Positions 47,081 through 56,701 of a stretch of 64,000 nt of DNA are shown piece after piece. Below the pieces are notes generated by a model. It saw only the letters and a program-made list of their open reading frames with translations, had not been told where the DNA came from and made no database searches. The first letter of the stretch is position 1. Each line of letters begins with the position of its first letter. The position numbers and the translations under genes are program-made. The DNA comes from Brevundimonas sp. (lineage in GTDB: Bacteria; Pseudomonadota; Alphaproteobacteria; Caulobacterales; Caulobacteraceae), in NCBI RefSeq assembly GCF_035626535.1, contig NZ_DASPNO010000053.1, positions 12,994-76,993 of the forward strand. The letters are read 5' to 3'.

Positions 47081-47478
47081 TCGTCGGCGTCGGCGCCGAC
47101 CTGTGCGACATCCGGCGCATCCAGAAGTCGCTGGATCGCTATGGCGACCGCTTCAAACAGCGCTGCTTCACCGAACTGGAGCGGACCCGTTCGGACCGCA
47201 AGCCGGACGCGGCGTGGAGCTACGCCAAGCGGTTCGCGGCCAAGGAAGCCTGCGCCAAGGCGCTGGGCACCGGGATGAGACGGGACGTGTACTGGCGCGA
47301 CATGGGTGTGGCGAATCTGCCCTCGGGCCAGCCGACCCTGCACCTGACCGGCCACGCCGCCGAACACCTGGCGCGTCTGACGCCGGCCGGCCATGAGGCG
47401 CGGATCCACCTGACGCTGAGCGACGAACACCCGTACGCACTCGCCTTCGTGGTGATCGAAGCCTTGCCGAGGGCTTAA
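47077..47478 (+). CDS. acpS: Holo-ACP synthase
   Basis: [23 protein letters not shown]. Confidence 0.96.
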   Translation: MIVGVGADLCDIRRIQKSLDRYGDRFKQRCFTELERTRSDRKPDAAWSYAKRFAAKEACAKALGTGMRRDVYWRDMGVANLPSGQPTLHLTGHAAEHLARLTPAGHEARIHLTLSDEHPYALAFVVIEALPRA

Positions 47479-47539
47479 TCACGTTATACCGCTTTTGCCG
47501 CTGAAAGACCGCGGACAGCGGCTGGGGGACAGGGTCCAT

Positions 47540-48763
47540 ATGAGCGACGAGAACAAGCCGCACGACGAGCATGGCCACGACGCCGGTCATGGCCACGAGT
47601 CGCCCCCTGAGCCCGCCCACGCGGCGCCCGACGCGCATGACGATGCGCATGCGCCGGCCGCGGACGCCCATGGCCATGACGAGCACGGGCACGAAGAACA
47701 CGGCCACGCGGATGCGGCCCATCACGACGATCATGACGCCGGGGCCGTTCCGCACGCCCATGACGAGCCCGCGCACGACAGCCATCCCGCCGCTGACGCC
47801 GATGCGACCGCGCATGGCGATCACGGCCATGAAGACCACGCCGCGCACGACGCGCATCTGACGGCCGCCGACGCCACCGTCGCGGCCGGCGCCGCCGGAG
47901 CCGCCGGAGCCGCGGCCGCGGCCTCATCGAAACAGCCGGTGTGGAGCGACGCCGGCGACGCCCCGTTCGAGGACATCGACGCCACGCCCGTCTATGCGCG
48001 CGGCAAGAAGGGCCGCCGCAAGGGCCGGTCAGGCGGCAACGAGACCTTCGAGATCGTCAAGACGATCTTCTTCGCCCTGCTGATCGCCTTCGTTCTGCGG
48101 GTGCTGCTGTTCCAGCCCTTCACCATCCCGTCCGCCTCGATGGAGCCCAACCTCTACGAAGGCGACTACATCGTCGTCTCCAAGTGGAGCTACGGCTATT
48201 CGAAGCACGCCATCCCGTTCAGCCCGCCGGTGTTCGAGGGCCGCATCTTCGCGCAGGAGCCGAAGCGCGGCGACATCGTCGTCTTCAAGCTGCCGCGCGA
48301 CAACCGCACCGACTACATCAAGCGCCTCATCGGCCTGCCCGGCGACGAGGTTCAGATGGTCAACAACGTCCTGCACATCAACGGCCAGCCGGTGCGCGAC
48401 GTGGTCATCAGCGAGGCGGACGCGACCAACATGTACGGCATGCCGATCATCAAGGCGCGCGAGACCCTGCCCGAGGGCAAGACCTTCACCATTCAGGATT
48501 ACGGCCCCGGCAACGCCGCCGACGACACCCCGGTGTTCCAGGTGCCCGAAGGCCACTATTTCATGATGGGCGACAACCGCGACAACTCGGTCGACAGCCG
48601 CTTCGACGAGCCTGCCGGCGGCGTCGGCCTGGTGCCGGCCGAGAACCTGATCGGCAAGGCCGAGATCATCCTGTTCTCGTGGTCGCCCGGCGCCTCGCTG
48701 TGGAATCCGGTCAGCTGGTTCTCGAAGGTGCGTCCGAGCCGGTTCTTCACCGTCCTGAACTGA
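47540..48763 (+). CDS. lepB: Signal peptidase I with His-rich N-terminal extension
   Basis: IPSASMEP, DYIKRLIG, MGDNRDNS; ~105-aa His/Asp-rich leader. Confidence 0.95.
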   Translation: MSDENKPHDEHGHDAGHGHESPPEPAHAAPDAHDDAHAPAADAHGHDEHGHEEHGHADAAHHDDHDAGAVPHAHDEPAHDSHPAADADATAHGDHGHEDHAAHDAHLTAADATVAAGAAGAAGAAAAASSKQPVWSDAGDAPFEDIDATPVYARGKKGRRKGRSGGNETFEIVKTIFFALLIAFVLRVLLFQPFTIPSASMEPNLYEGDYIVVSKWSYGYSKHAIPFSPPVFEGRIFAQEPKRGDIVVFKLPRDNRTDYIKRLIGLPGDEVQMVNNVLHINGQPVRDVVISEADATNMYGMPIIKARETLPEGKTFTIQDYGPGNAADDTPVFQVPEGHYFMMGDNRDNSVDSRFDEPAGGVGLVPAENLIGKAEIILFSWSPGASLWNPVSWFSKVRPSRFFTVLN

Positions 48764-49479
48764 TGGGCGACCGGCGGGCCGAAGCGGTCGCGGCGCTGGC
48801 GCGCAACCTCGGTCACGACTTCCGCGATCCGTCCCTGCTCGATCAGGCCCTGACGCACGCCAGCGTGGGGGAGGGGGCCGGGCGCGACGCCCGCGGCCGG
48901 CTGTTCCTCGACAACCAGCGCATGGAGTTCCTCGGCGACCGGGTGCTCGGCCTGCTGGTCGCCGACCGGCTGATGCGGGACCTGCCGGCCGCCGACGAGG
49001 GCGAGATGTCGTCCCGCCTCCACGCCCTCGTCGACAAGGCGACCTGCGCCCGCATCGCGGAGGCGCTGGGAGTCGGCGACGCCATGCGGCTGTCGCCCGG
49101 CGAGGCGAAGCAGGGCGGCCGCCGCCGCGAAGGCATGCTCGGCGACGCCATGGAGGCGATCCTGGCCGCCGTCTGGCTGGACGGAGGCATGGAGGCCGCC
49201 CGCTCCCTGTTCGAGCGTGTCTGGGCCGCCGAACTGGCCGCTCCGCCGTGCAAGTCGCTGACCAATCCGAAATCGGCCCTGCAGGAGTGGGCGCTGGGTC
49301 AGGGAAAGCCGCTGCCGACCTACCGCATCGTCGACCGCACCGGCTCCGATCACGCCCCGACATTCACCGTCGAAGCCAGCGTAGCCGGATATCCGCCCTT
49401 GACCGCACAGGGCCGTTCGCGTCAGGACGCGGAGAAGGCGGCCGCCATCGGCCTGCTGCAGCGTGAAGGCGTGATTTGA
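48763..49479 (+). CDS. rnc: Ribonuclease III
   Basis: ALTHAS, NQRMEFLGD, DAMEA, dsRBD (NPKSALQEW). Confidence 0.96.
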   Translation: MGDRRAEAVAALARNLGHDFRDPSLLDQALTHASVGEGAGRDARGRLFLDNQRMEFLGDRVLGLLVADRLMRDLPAADEGEMSSRLHALVDKATCARIAEALGVGDAMRLSPGEAKQGGRRREGMLGDAMEAILAAVWLDGGMEAARSLFERVWAAELAAPPCKSLTNPKSALQEWALGQGKPLPTYRIVDRTGSDHAPTFTVEASVAGYPPLTAQGRSRQDAEKAAAIGLLQREGVI

Positions 49480-50423
49480 CCGATCAACAGAACCAGCGAG
49501 CCGGCTTCGCCGCCATCATCGGCGCGCCCAACGCGGGCAAGTCCACGCTGGTCAACCGCCTGACCGGGACCAAGGTCTCGATCGTCACCCAGAAGGTCCA
49601 GACCACCCGCTTCCCCGTGCGCGGCATCGCCATGGAGGGCGACGCCCAGATCGTGCTGGTCGACACGCCCGGGATCTTCACGCCGCGCCGTCGTCTGGAC
49701 CGGGCCATGGTCGCCTCGGCCTGGGGCGGGGCGGACGACGCCGACGTGGTGGTCCATCTGGTCGACGCGGCCTCCCACATCGCCGCTGAGGGCAAGGAAG
49801 GGACCGCCGCGGACCGCCGCTCGGCCGAGGACACCGAAACCATCATCGCCGCCCTGAAGGCCGCGGGAAAACAGGTCATCCTGGCCCTGAACAAGATCGA
49901 CGGCATGCGCCGCGACACCCTGCTGGCCCTGTCGCAGCGCCTGTTCGAGACCGGCGCCTATTCCGAGGTCTATATGATCTCGGCGCTCAGCGGCGACGGC
50001 GTCGACGACCTCAAGAAGCGCCTCGCCCGCTCGATGCCGGAAGGCCCCTGGCTCTATCCCGAGGACCAGTCCGCCGACGTTCCGATGCGGGTCCTGGCGG
50101 CCGAGATCACGCGCGAGAAGGTCTATCTGCGCGTCCACGAGGAACTGCCCTATTCGGCGGCGGTCGAGACGACCTCGTCCGAGGACCGGCCCGACGGCTC
50201 GGCCCGCATCGAGCAGACCATCTACGTCGAGCGCGAGAGCCAGCGGCCGATCGTGCTCGGCAAGGGCGGCCAGACCCTGAAATGGATCGGCCAGAAGGCC
50301 CGCGAGGAGCTGACCGAGCTTCTCGACCGCCCGGTCCACCTGTTCCTGACGGTCAAGGTCGACCCGAAATGGCAGGACAGCCGCGCCCTCTACGCCCAGT
50401 TCGGGCTGGAATACGACGTCTAG
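49476..50423 (+). CDS. era: GTPase Era
   Basis: GAPNAGKST, QTTR, DTPG, NKID, KH domain. Confidence 0.97.
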   Translation: MTDQQNQRAGFAAIIGAPNAGKSTLVNRLTGTKVSIVTQKVQTTRFPVRGIAMEGDAQIVLVDTPGIFTPRRRLDRAMVASAWGGADDADVVVHLVDAASHIAAEGKEGTAADRRSAEDTETIIAALKAAGKQVILALNKIDGMRRDTLLALSQRLFETGAYSEVYMISALSGDGVDDLKKRLARSMPEGPWLYPEDQSADVPMRVLAAEITREKVYLRVHEELPYSAAVETTSSEDRPDGSARIEQTIYVERESQRPIVLGKGGQTLKWIGQKAREELTELLDRPVHLFLTVKVDPKWQDSRALYAQFGLEYDV

Positions 50424-50427
50424 GCCG

Positions 50428-51654
50428 TTGTTCCACGTTCCCCGACACAGCGGCGGTCATCCCCGGCTGGCGATGGCCTTCCTGGCTGTGCTGTTCGTCG
50501 TCGCCGCCGGCCTGATCGCCTGGGCGACAGTGCGGCCGCTGCCCGAAGCCGCTCCGCCCGAGCCGATGCCGCCCCGGCCGCCGCTGGTCGTGGTGCGGGA
50601 CCTGCCGCAGCTGACCGAACAGCTCGAGCGCTGGGGCGGTTCGGGCGCCTTCACGGGCGGGGTGCTGGTCGCGAAGGGCGATCAGGTGCTGTTCCGCCAG
50701 GTCTACGGTTACGCCGACCGCAGCCTGGGTAAACCGCTGGAGCTGGACTCCCGCTTCCGCCTGGCCTCGGTCAGCAAGCAGTTCACGGCCGCCGCCATTC
50801 TGCGCCTGCAGGACGAGGGGGTTCTGTCGGTCGACGATCCGGTGTGCCGATGGATCGATCCGTGCCCCGCCGCCTGGGCGCCGATCCGGCTGCACCACCT
50901 GCTGTCCCACACCTCGGGCATCCCGGATCTGATGGCCCGCCCCGGCTGGGGCGTCCGCCGGACCGCGCTCGCCACGCCAGAGGAATTGACAGATGATTCA
51001 GCCCGGTATGGCCTCCAGTTCCCGCCGGGTACGAAGGTTCGCTACAACAACGCCGGCTACAACCTGCTCGGCTACGTGGTCCAGAGGGCCAGCGGCCTGC
51101 CGCTGCGGGACTATCTGCGCGACGCCTTCTTCGTGCCGCTGGGCATGGCCGACACCGGCTACGAGGACGACATGTCGGGCGTGGTCATGGGCTACGCCAA
51201 TCTCGCGGGCGGGCCGACGCCGCAGCCGAACCACAACGTCAGCATCATCTTCGGAGCCGGCGCCCTGTATTCGACGCTGGACGACCTGCTGGTCTGGCAG
51301 CGCGCCCTGCACGGCGGGACGCTGCTGAGCGCCGAGAGCTATGCGCAGATGATCGCAGACCATGCGCCGGCCGACACGCCGGACGAGCGCGGCCGCCCGC
51401 GGCGCGACTGGGGCTACGGCCTGTTCGCCAACAGCCTCGGCCGCCGCGTCCGCCCCGACTTCCTCGATCGCCAGATCTACCACACCGGCAGCTGGTCGGG
51501 GTTCCGCAACCTGGTCGCATACCAGCCGGACGAGGACGTCACCGTGATCGTGCTGTCCAACAACTACCACCAGCGCGAGGCGGTCTTCCTGCTCTCGCAG
51601 CAGGGCATGGCCGAGGCGCTGGGGCGGCCGTTCCCGACCGCCATGGCGCGCTGA
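50428..51654 (+). CDS. Serine hydrolase, beta-lactamase/AmpC-like family
   Basis: LASVSK (SxxK), LLSHTSG, YNN, YHTG; N-terminal TM. Confidence 0.88.
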   Translation: MFHVPRHSGGHPRLAMAFLAVLFVVAAGLIAWATVRPLPEAAPPEPMPPRPPLVVVRDLPQLTEQLERWGGSGAFTGGVLVAKGDQVLFRQVYGYADRSLGKPLELDSRFRLASVSKQFTAAAILRLQDEGVLSVDDPVCRWIDPCPAAWAPIRLHHLLSHTSGIPDLMARPGWGVRRTALATPEELTDDSARYGLQFPPGTKVRYNNAGYNLLGYVVQRASGLPLRDYLRDAFFVPLGMADTGYEDDMSGVVMGYANLAGGPTPQPNHNVSIIFGAGALYSTLDDLLVWQRALHGGTLLSAESYAQMIADHAPADTPDERGRPRRDWGYGLFANSLGRRVRPDFLDRQIYHTGSWSGFRNLVAYQPDEDVTVIVLSNNYHQREAVFLLSQQGMAEALGRPFPTAMAR

Positions 51655-51658
51655 CGCC

Positions 51659-52318
51659 TCAGCTCTCCCGCGCCCAGCGTTCGCGCCGTGCCAGCTCGGC
51701 CTGACCCGGATTGTCGTCGCCGAACGATCCGGTGGGCACGTCCCCGTCGCGGCGGTACGTGCCGACGATGACGCCGGCGGCCGTCGCCTCGCTGTTCACC
51801 AGCGTCCAGGCGTGCGGGAGCGAACCCTCGTCGAACAGCCGCTTGCCCCGGCCCAGCACGATGGGGAAGGTCAGGATCGTCAGCTGGTCGATCAGGTCGT
51901 GGGCCAGCAGCGTGTGAATGACCTCGCTCGAGCCCTGGATCAGCAGGTCGCGCCCCGCGGTCGCCTTCAACGCCCGCACCGACGCGGCCAGATCGCCTTC
52001 CAGCCTGTGGCTGTGGGCCCAGTTCAGCGGCGTTTCGGGACCGGCGGCGACGTATTTGTTGACGGCGTTGAATGTGCGGCCGATCTCGTCGTCCTGATGC
52101 GGCCAGTGGGCGGCGAAGATCTCATAGGTGCGACGGCCGAGGAGCAGGTCGTAGTCCTCGCCCATCGCCTGACCCATCAACTCGCCCAACCTCTCGTCGA
52201 AGTGGGGGAAGACCCAGCCGCCGAACCTGAACCCGCCGCCCGGATCCTCCTCGGGACCGCCGGGCGCCTGCATGACGCCGTCCAGAGAGACGAAGGTGGC
52301 GGTTCTGATCTTGCGCAT
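51659..52318 (-). CDS. Dihydrofolate reductase-like (RibD C-terminal) protein
   Basis: FVSLDGVMQAPGG, LLGRRTYE, GS, PIVLGRGKRLF. Confidence 0.88.
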   Translation of the reverse strand: MRKIRTATFVSLDGVMQAPGGPEEDPGGGFRFGGWVFPHFDERLGELMGQAMGEDYDLLLGRRTYEIFAAHWPHQDDEIGRTFNAVNKYVAAGPETPLNWAHSHRLEGDLAASVRALKATAGRDLLIQGSSEVIHTLLAHDLIDQLTILTFPIVLGRGKRLFDEGSLPHAWTLVNSEATAAGVIVGTYRRDGDVPTGSFGDDNPGQAELARRERWARES

Positions 52319-52326
52319 CGCCGGCC

Positions 52327-53286
52327 TCACTCGCTTCCGGGGATGTCGTCGAACAAGCCGCCCGGCGACGGGCGGGTCTGGTCGTCGAGGAAGGGCAGGA
52401 TCATCGCCGCCAGCAGGGCCGGGTCGCCGAACACGTCGACGTGCGAACTCGCCGGCAGGATGGCGAGGCGCGCCGGGGGCGCCTCGGTCAGGAAGGGCTG
52501 GGAGGCCCGCGCCGTGTCGCCGCCGCCGCGCAGACGGTACAGCTCGACCGCATGTTCCGGCCGCACGATGTCGTGGTCGCCGATAATGATGAAGGTGGGC
52601 GAGGTCAGGGTGCGGATCTGCTCCGCCGGCCAGTCCTGGCCCTGATCCATGACCTTGATCTTGTTCACCACCGAGGCGAAGGCGTCCGGGTTGGGCGACA
52701 GACGCTTGAACTCGGCCTCCATCGGCGTGCCGGCGAAGATCTCGGGCGTAATGCCGGCCATCATCTGGGTGAAGCCGGGCAGGTTGCCCGCCTCGTTGAA
52801 GCTGACGGAGGCGACCACCAGGTGGTCGACCCTCTCCGGGTGACGCAGCGCCAGTTGCAGGGCCGCGCCTGCGCCCATGGAATAGCCGACCACATCGGCC
52901 TTCTGCACGCCGGCGTCGGCCAGCACGGCCGCGGCGTCGTCCGCCAGATTCTCATAGGTGATCGGGCCGGGCAGGTCGCCGGTCCGGGCGTGGCCGCGCT
53001 GGTCGACGACGATCAGGGGCCGGTCCGTCATCAGGTCGGTCAGCGGCTTCATCGAGTCCGACGACATGAAGGCGCCATGCAGGATCAGCACCGGCCTCTT
53101 GCCGGAGGTCAGGTCGCCGTGGACGAAGTAGCGCACCTCGCCGCCCTCGACGACGGCAGAATCCGCGCGGGGGGCTGGGGTCTGCGCACTCGCCGCGGCG
53201 GCGGCCGGTGCGCTCTGCGCCATTGCGGGCAGGGCTGTTGCCAGCGTCAGGGCGGCGGCGGCGGCGGTCAACAGGGATCGTTTCAT
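52327..53286 (-). CDS. Secreted alpha/beta hydrolase
   Basis: Signal peptide; ILHG, GYSMG nucleophile motif, GDHD, SSH. Confidence 0.88.
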   Translation of the reverse strand: MKRSLLTAAAAALTLATALPAMAQSAPAAAAASAQTPAPRADSAVVEGGEVRYFVHGDLTSGKRPVLILHGAFMSSDSMKPLTDLMTDRPLIVVDQRGHARTGDLPGPITYENLADDAAAVLADAGVQKADVVGYSMGAGAALQLALRHPERVDHLVVASVSFNEAGNLPGFTQMMAGITPEIFAGTPMEAEFKRLSPNPDAFASVVNKIKVMDQGQDWPAEQIRTLTSPTFIIIGDHDIVRPEHAVELYRLRGGGDTARASQPFLTEAPPARLAILPASSHVDVFGDPALLAAMILPFLDDQTRPSPGGLFDDIPGSE

Positions 53287-53305
53287 ACCTGGCTCCTTCC
53301 TTGTG

Positions 53306-53338
53306 AGGCCCCGGGCCGTGTGGGACGGCCCGGGGCCT
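53306..53338. terminator. Perfect 14-bp GC hairpin inside the operon (terminator or mRNA stabiliser)
   Basis: aggccccgggccgt-gtggg-acggcccggggcct; no U-tract. Confidence 0.45.
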
Positions 53339-53348
53339 GCGACGGGTC

Positions 53349-53834
53349 TCAGTTCGCGGTCTCTGCGACGACCTCGCGTTCGAGCTTGTCGAGGCTCTGC
53401 GACCAGCCTGCCTCCATCCCGGCGAGCGGGCCGAGAGCGGATTCGTCGGCGGTGAGCACCCGCGCGTCGAGGGTCTGGACCGTGCGGCCGCCGGCCTCGT
53501 CGAAGGTGATCGTGTTCTCGACCTCGAACCATGTCGTCCCGTCGGGGTGCTGGACCCAGGTTCGCATCACCAGCCGCTCCGGTTCCTCGACTTCGACGAA
53601 GCGGCCGTCGAAGGGCATGTCGGCGCCGTTCGGGGCGCGCATGACCATATGGATGGCCCCGCCGGGGCTTACGTCCATTTTCACCACCGGCGTGGTGAAA
53701 TGCTCGGGCCCCCACCAGGCGGCGACGTGGGCGGGGTCGGTCCACATTTTCCAGACGAGGGCGCGCGGGGCGTCGAAGGTGCGGACGATCTGCAATCGGC
53801 GCAGATGGTCGGGAATGGCGGCGGCGACGGTCAT
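53349..53834 (-). CDS. SRPBCC/AHSA1-family protein
   Basis: RTFDAPRALVWKMWTDP, GMEAGWSQSLDKL. Confidence 0.9.
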   Translation of the reverse strand: MTVAAAIPDHLRRLQIVRTFDAPRALVWKMWTDPAHVAAWWGPEHFTTPVVKMDVSPGGAIHMVMRAPNGADMPFDGRFVEVEEPERLVMRTWVQHPDGTTWFEVENTITFDEAGGRTVQTLDARVLTADESALGPLAGMEAGWSQSLDKLEREVVAETAN

Positions 53835-54211
53835 GATTGGCTCCGTCGGATCGGAAACACGGCCCGAAGCGACGCATCCCGCAGCCACAGGCCGCCCCAC
53901 ATGAACAGGCCGAGGTAGATCGAGAACAGCACGTGGCTGAACAGCGGGCTTTCGGCCCGGATCTGCGTCGCCATCGCCCCGCCGAGCAGGCCGGTGAACA
54001 GCACGGCACCGAGCAGGCTGGTGCGCGGGATCAGGTAGAGGATCAGGAAGCCCAGCTCCATCAGCCCGATCATCAGCACATGGCCGGAGGGCCAGCCCAG
54101 CTGGGCCATGGTCTCCTCGGCGATCGGCATGCCGCTCAGTTTCGGAAAGGCCGAGGCGCCGAGGATGAACAGGGCGAACAGGCCTGTCAGAACGCGGCCG
54201 GTCCAGATCAT
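53831..54211 (-). CDS. DoxX-like membrane protein
   Basis: LYLIPRTSLLGAVLFTGLLGGAMAT. Confidence 0.85.
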   Translation of the reverse strand: MIWTGRVLTGLFALFILGASAFPKLSGMPIAEETMAQLGWPSGHVLMIGLMELGFLILYLIPRTSLLGAVLFTGLLGGAMATQIRAESPLFSHVLFSIYLGLFMWGGLWLRDASLRAVFPIRRSQS

Positions 54212-54222
54212 GGGCGAGGCCT

Positions 54223-54663
54223 TCACGACGCGGGCTTCCAGTCGGCCGACGGCATGGTGTTGACCATCCACGGCACGCCAAACTTGTCCGTCAACGATCC
54301 GAAGCCCGGAGACCAGAAGGTCTCGGCGAAGGGCATGCCGACCCGGCCGCCCTCGGACAGGGCATCGAACCAGCGCCGGGCGTCGGTCGTGTTGTCGGCG
54401 TGCAGGGTGACGTCGAAACCGTTCTTGGGCTTGTCGACGTTGGGCGCCCATTCGACGTCCATATCCGCGCCCATGATCGCCTGGTCGCCGACCTGCAGCC
54501 AGCAGTGCATCAGCCAGTCCTTGTACTGCTCGCCCACCGGCATGTCGGGCGGGCCGTCGCCGTAGGGCATGGCGGCGGTGATCTCGCCGCCCAGCACTTT
54601 GGCGTAGAACTCGAAGGCCTCGCGGCACTGGCCGCGGAAGCTGAGGCTGGTCACGATCTTCAT
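54223..54663 (-). CDS. VOC/PhnB-family protein
   Basis: AFEFYAKVLG, FAETFWSPGFGSLTDKFGVPWMV. Confidence 0.9.
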   Translation of the reverse strand: MKIVTSLSFRGQCREAFEFYAKVLGGEITAAMPYGDGPPDMPVGEQYKDWLMHCWLQVGDQAIMGADMDVEWAPNVDKPKNGFDVTLHADNTTDARRWFDALSEGGRVGMPFAETFWSPGFGSLTDKFGVPWMVNTMPSADWKPAS

Positions 54664-54715
54664 GGTCTTCGCTCCGTGAGCAGGTTGAACTGAACGCGTG
54701 ACGCCGTCGGCGCCG

Positions 54716-55198
54716 TTACTGATCCGCGCCTCCGGCCGCCAGGAAGGCTTCCAGCCGCTCGAAGGTGCTGGTCCAGCCATGCCTGTGGCCGACGAGGCTC
54801 TGTTCCGACTTCAGGCCTTCGTGGGTGAAGTCCATCAGGGTGCCGCCGCCCGGCGCGTCGCTGAGCTGAACCGTGACGAGGGTTTCGACGGGAGGGCCGT
54901 CCTCGTGGGACTCGTCCCACTTGAAGGTGAAGACCAGCCGCTCCTCGGGCACGATCTCCCGGTAGACGCCGCCCTGCCAAAGGTCCTGTCCGGTCTGCGG
55001 CGAGCGCAGGCAGGCCCGCCATGCGCCACCGACCCTGAGGTCCTGCGAGGCGCTGACCGCCGGCCATTCGACCGGACCCAGCCAGAGCACCATGACCTCG
55101 GGGTTGGTCCAGGCCCGCCACACCAGCGCCCGCGGCGCGTCGAAGAAGCGCTGCATCTGCAGGGTGGGACGGATGGCCAGATCTTCTACCAGGGTCAT
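54716..55198 (-). CDS. SRPBCC/AHSA1-family protein
   Basis: RFFDAPRALVWRAWTNP, GWTSTFERL. Confidence 0.9.
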   Translation of the reverse strand: MTLVEDLAIRPTLQMQRFFDAPRALVWRAWTNPEVMVLWLGPVEWPAVSASQDLRVGGAWRACLRSPQTGQDLWQGGVYREIVPEERLVFTFKWDESHEDGPPVETLVTVQLSDAPGGGTLMDFTHEGLKSEQSLVGHRHGWTSTFERLEAFLAAGGADQ

Positions 55199-55239
55199 CG
55201 GGCGGGCTCTTCAGCGGGTCCGGTCGCGGCCGGGGAGGG

Positions 55240-55746
55240 TCAGTTGGGCTTCTTCAGCAGCTCGGCCAGCTGGTCGGCGCACTGGCCCCAGCCTTCATGG
55301 AAACCCATGGCCTCGTGCTGCTTCATCGTCTCGGCGTTCCAGTGGCGCGCCGTGGCGACGTAGTCGGTCTTGCCGTCCTCGCGCGGCGTCAGCTCGACCG
55401 TGGCCACCATGAAAGGCTGTCCGGCCGGCTCCCAGTCGGGCGTCAGGGCGTCGGTCGTGATCCAGCGGCGGTTCGGCTCGACCGCGAGAAAGATTCCGCT
55501 GTTGGGGAAGCGCTCGCCGTCCGGTCCGTGCATTACGAAGTTGAACACGCCGCCGGGACGCGGATCGACCTGCACGTCCGAGATCGTCCACGGCCTGGGC
55601 GCGAACCACTGCTGCAGCAGTTCCGGCGTCATCCACGCCTTCCAGATCTGCTCCGGCGTGGCGTCGATGACGCGGCGCAGGACGAGGGCGTGCTGGTGGG
55701 CCACGCCGTCGGTGTTGCAGGGATTGGTTTCAGTTTCTTGGGCCAT
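55240..55746 (-). CDS. SRPBCC/AHSA1-family protein
   Basis: RVIDATPEQIWKAW, HEAMGFHEGWG. Confidence 0.9.
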   Translation of the reverse strand: MAQETETNPCNTDGVAHQHALVLRRVIDATPEQIWKAWMTPELLQQWFAPRPWTISDVQVDPRPGGVFNFVMHGPDGERFPNSGIFLAVEPNRRWITTDALTPDWEPAGQPFMVATVELTPREDGKTDYVATARHWNAETMKQHEAMGFHEGWGQCADQLAELLKKPN

Positions 55747-56083
55747 TGGGGTCCCCTTTCTGGATTTTCTTCAGGTAGGCGTCGAGGCGGTCGAAGCTGG
55801 CGTCCCAGTAGCGGCGGTAGTGCTCCAGCCACTCGGCGATGCCCTTGAGGCCCATGGGTTCGAGCCGGGCGGGGCGCCATTGCGCCTCGCGGCCCCGGCT
55901 GATCAGCCCGGCCTTTTCCAGCACCTTCAGATGCTTCGACACGGCCGGCAGGCTCATGTCGAACGGTTCGGCCAGATCGTTGACGCTGGCCTCGCCCTCG
56001 CACAGCCGCGCCAGAATGGCCCGACGGGTCGGATCGGCGAGGGCGGCGAACTTGGCGCTGAGGGGATCGGTTTCCATGGTCAC
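55730..56083 (-). CDS. ArsR/SmtB-family regulator
   Basis: FAALADPTRRAIL, SLPAVSKHLKVLEKAGLI. Confidence 0.93.
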   Translation of the reverse strand: MTMETDPLSAKFAALADPTRRAILARLCEGEASVNDLAEPFDMSLPAVSKHLKVLEKAGLISRGREAQWRPARLEPMGLKGIAEWLEHYRRYWDASFDRLDAYLKKIQKGDPNGPRN

Positions 56084-56093
56084 GCTTCGTATC

Positions 56094-56146
56094 TAACTGA
56101 CAGGTTAAATGAACCCGCCGTATCGTGTTGTCAACCGTCTGGTTAA
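56094..56146. promoter_or_regulatory. Two near-palindromic operator-like boxes upstream of the arsR-family gene
   Basis: taactgacaggtta (56094-56107) and caaccgtctggttaa (56132-56146). Confidence 0.6.
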
Positions 56147-56224
56147 ATAAAATCCAGCGGCCGTCGCTTCCGCCCCGCCCGGGGCTGGTCTAGCACTGGT
56201 CCGTCACATCGGGAGGACGCCGCA

Positions 56225-56683
56225 ATGCTCGCACTCGTCGCCGCGCTGGCCCTGGTCGCCGCGCCCATCGAAACGCCCGAGGAGGAGGCCGCGGCCACCA
56301 TCGACGCCCTGCACGCGGCCGCCTCGCGCGCCGACGGGCCGGCCTATTTCGACCTGTTCACGCCGGACGCCCGCTTCATCGGCACCGACGCCACGGAGCG
56401 GTGGACGCTGACGGAGTTCCGCGCCTACGCCGAGCCGTATTTCGCACGCGGGCAGGGCTGGACCTACACCCCGGTCGAGCGGACGGTGACGGTGGCGCCG
56501 ATCCAGTGCGGCTGCATCGCCTGGTTCGACGAGGTGCTGGACAGCCGGAGCTACGGCGTCACGCGTGGCTCAGGCGTGCTGCGCAAGACCCGCTCGGGCT
56601 GGAAGATCGAGCAGTACGTCCTCAGCTTCGCCGTGCCCAACGAGCGGGCGCGCGCGGTGGTGGAGACGATCGCCGCGGAATGA
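56225..56683 (+). CDS. Secreted NTF2/SnoaL-like protein
   Basis: Signal peptide; FIGTDATERW, AWFDE, WKIEQY. Confidence 0.85.
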   Translation: MLALVAALALVAAPIETPEEEAAATIDALHAAASRADGPAYFDLFTPDARFIGTDATERWTLTEFRAYAEPYFARGQGWTYTPVERTVTVAPIQCGCIAWFDEVLDSRSYGVTRGSGVLRKTRSGWKIEQYVLSFAVPNERARAVVETIAAE

Positions 56684-56701
56684 TCGCCGGCTCTGTCCGC
56701 C

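Noticed and set aside
47168-47857. Met/Val-rich 229-aa minus-strand ORF
   Set aside because: Simply the reverse complement of the His-rich lepB tail and acpS.
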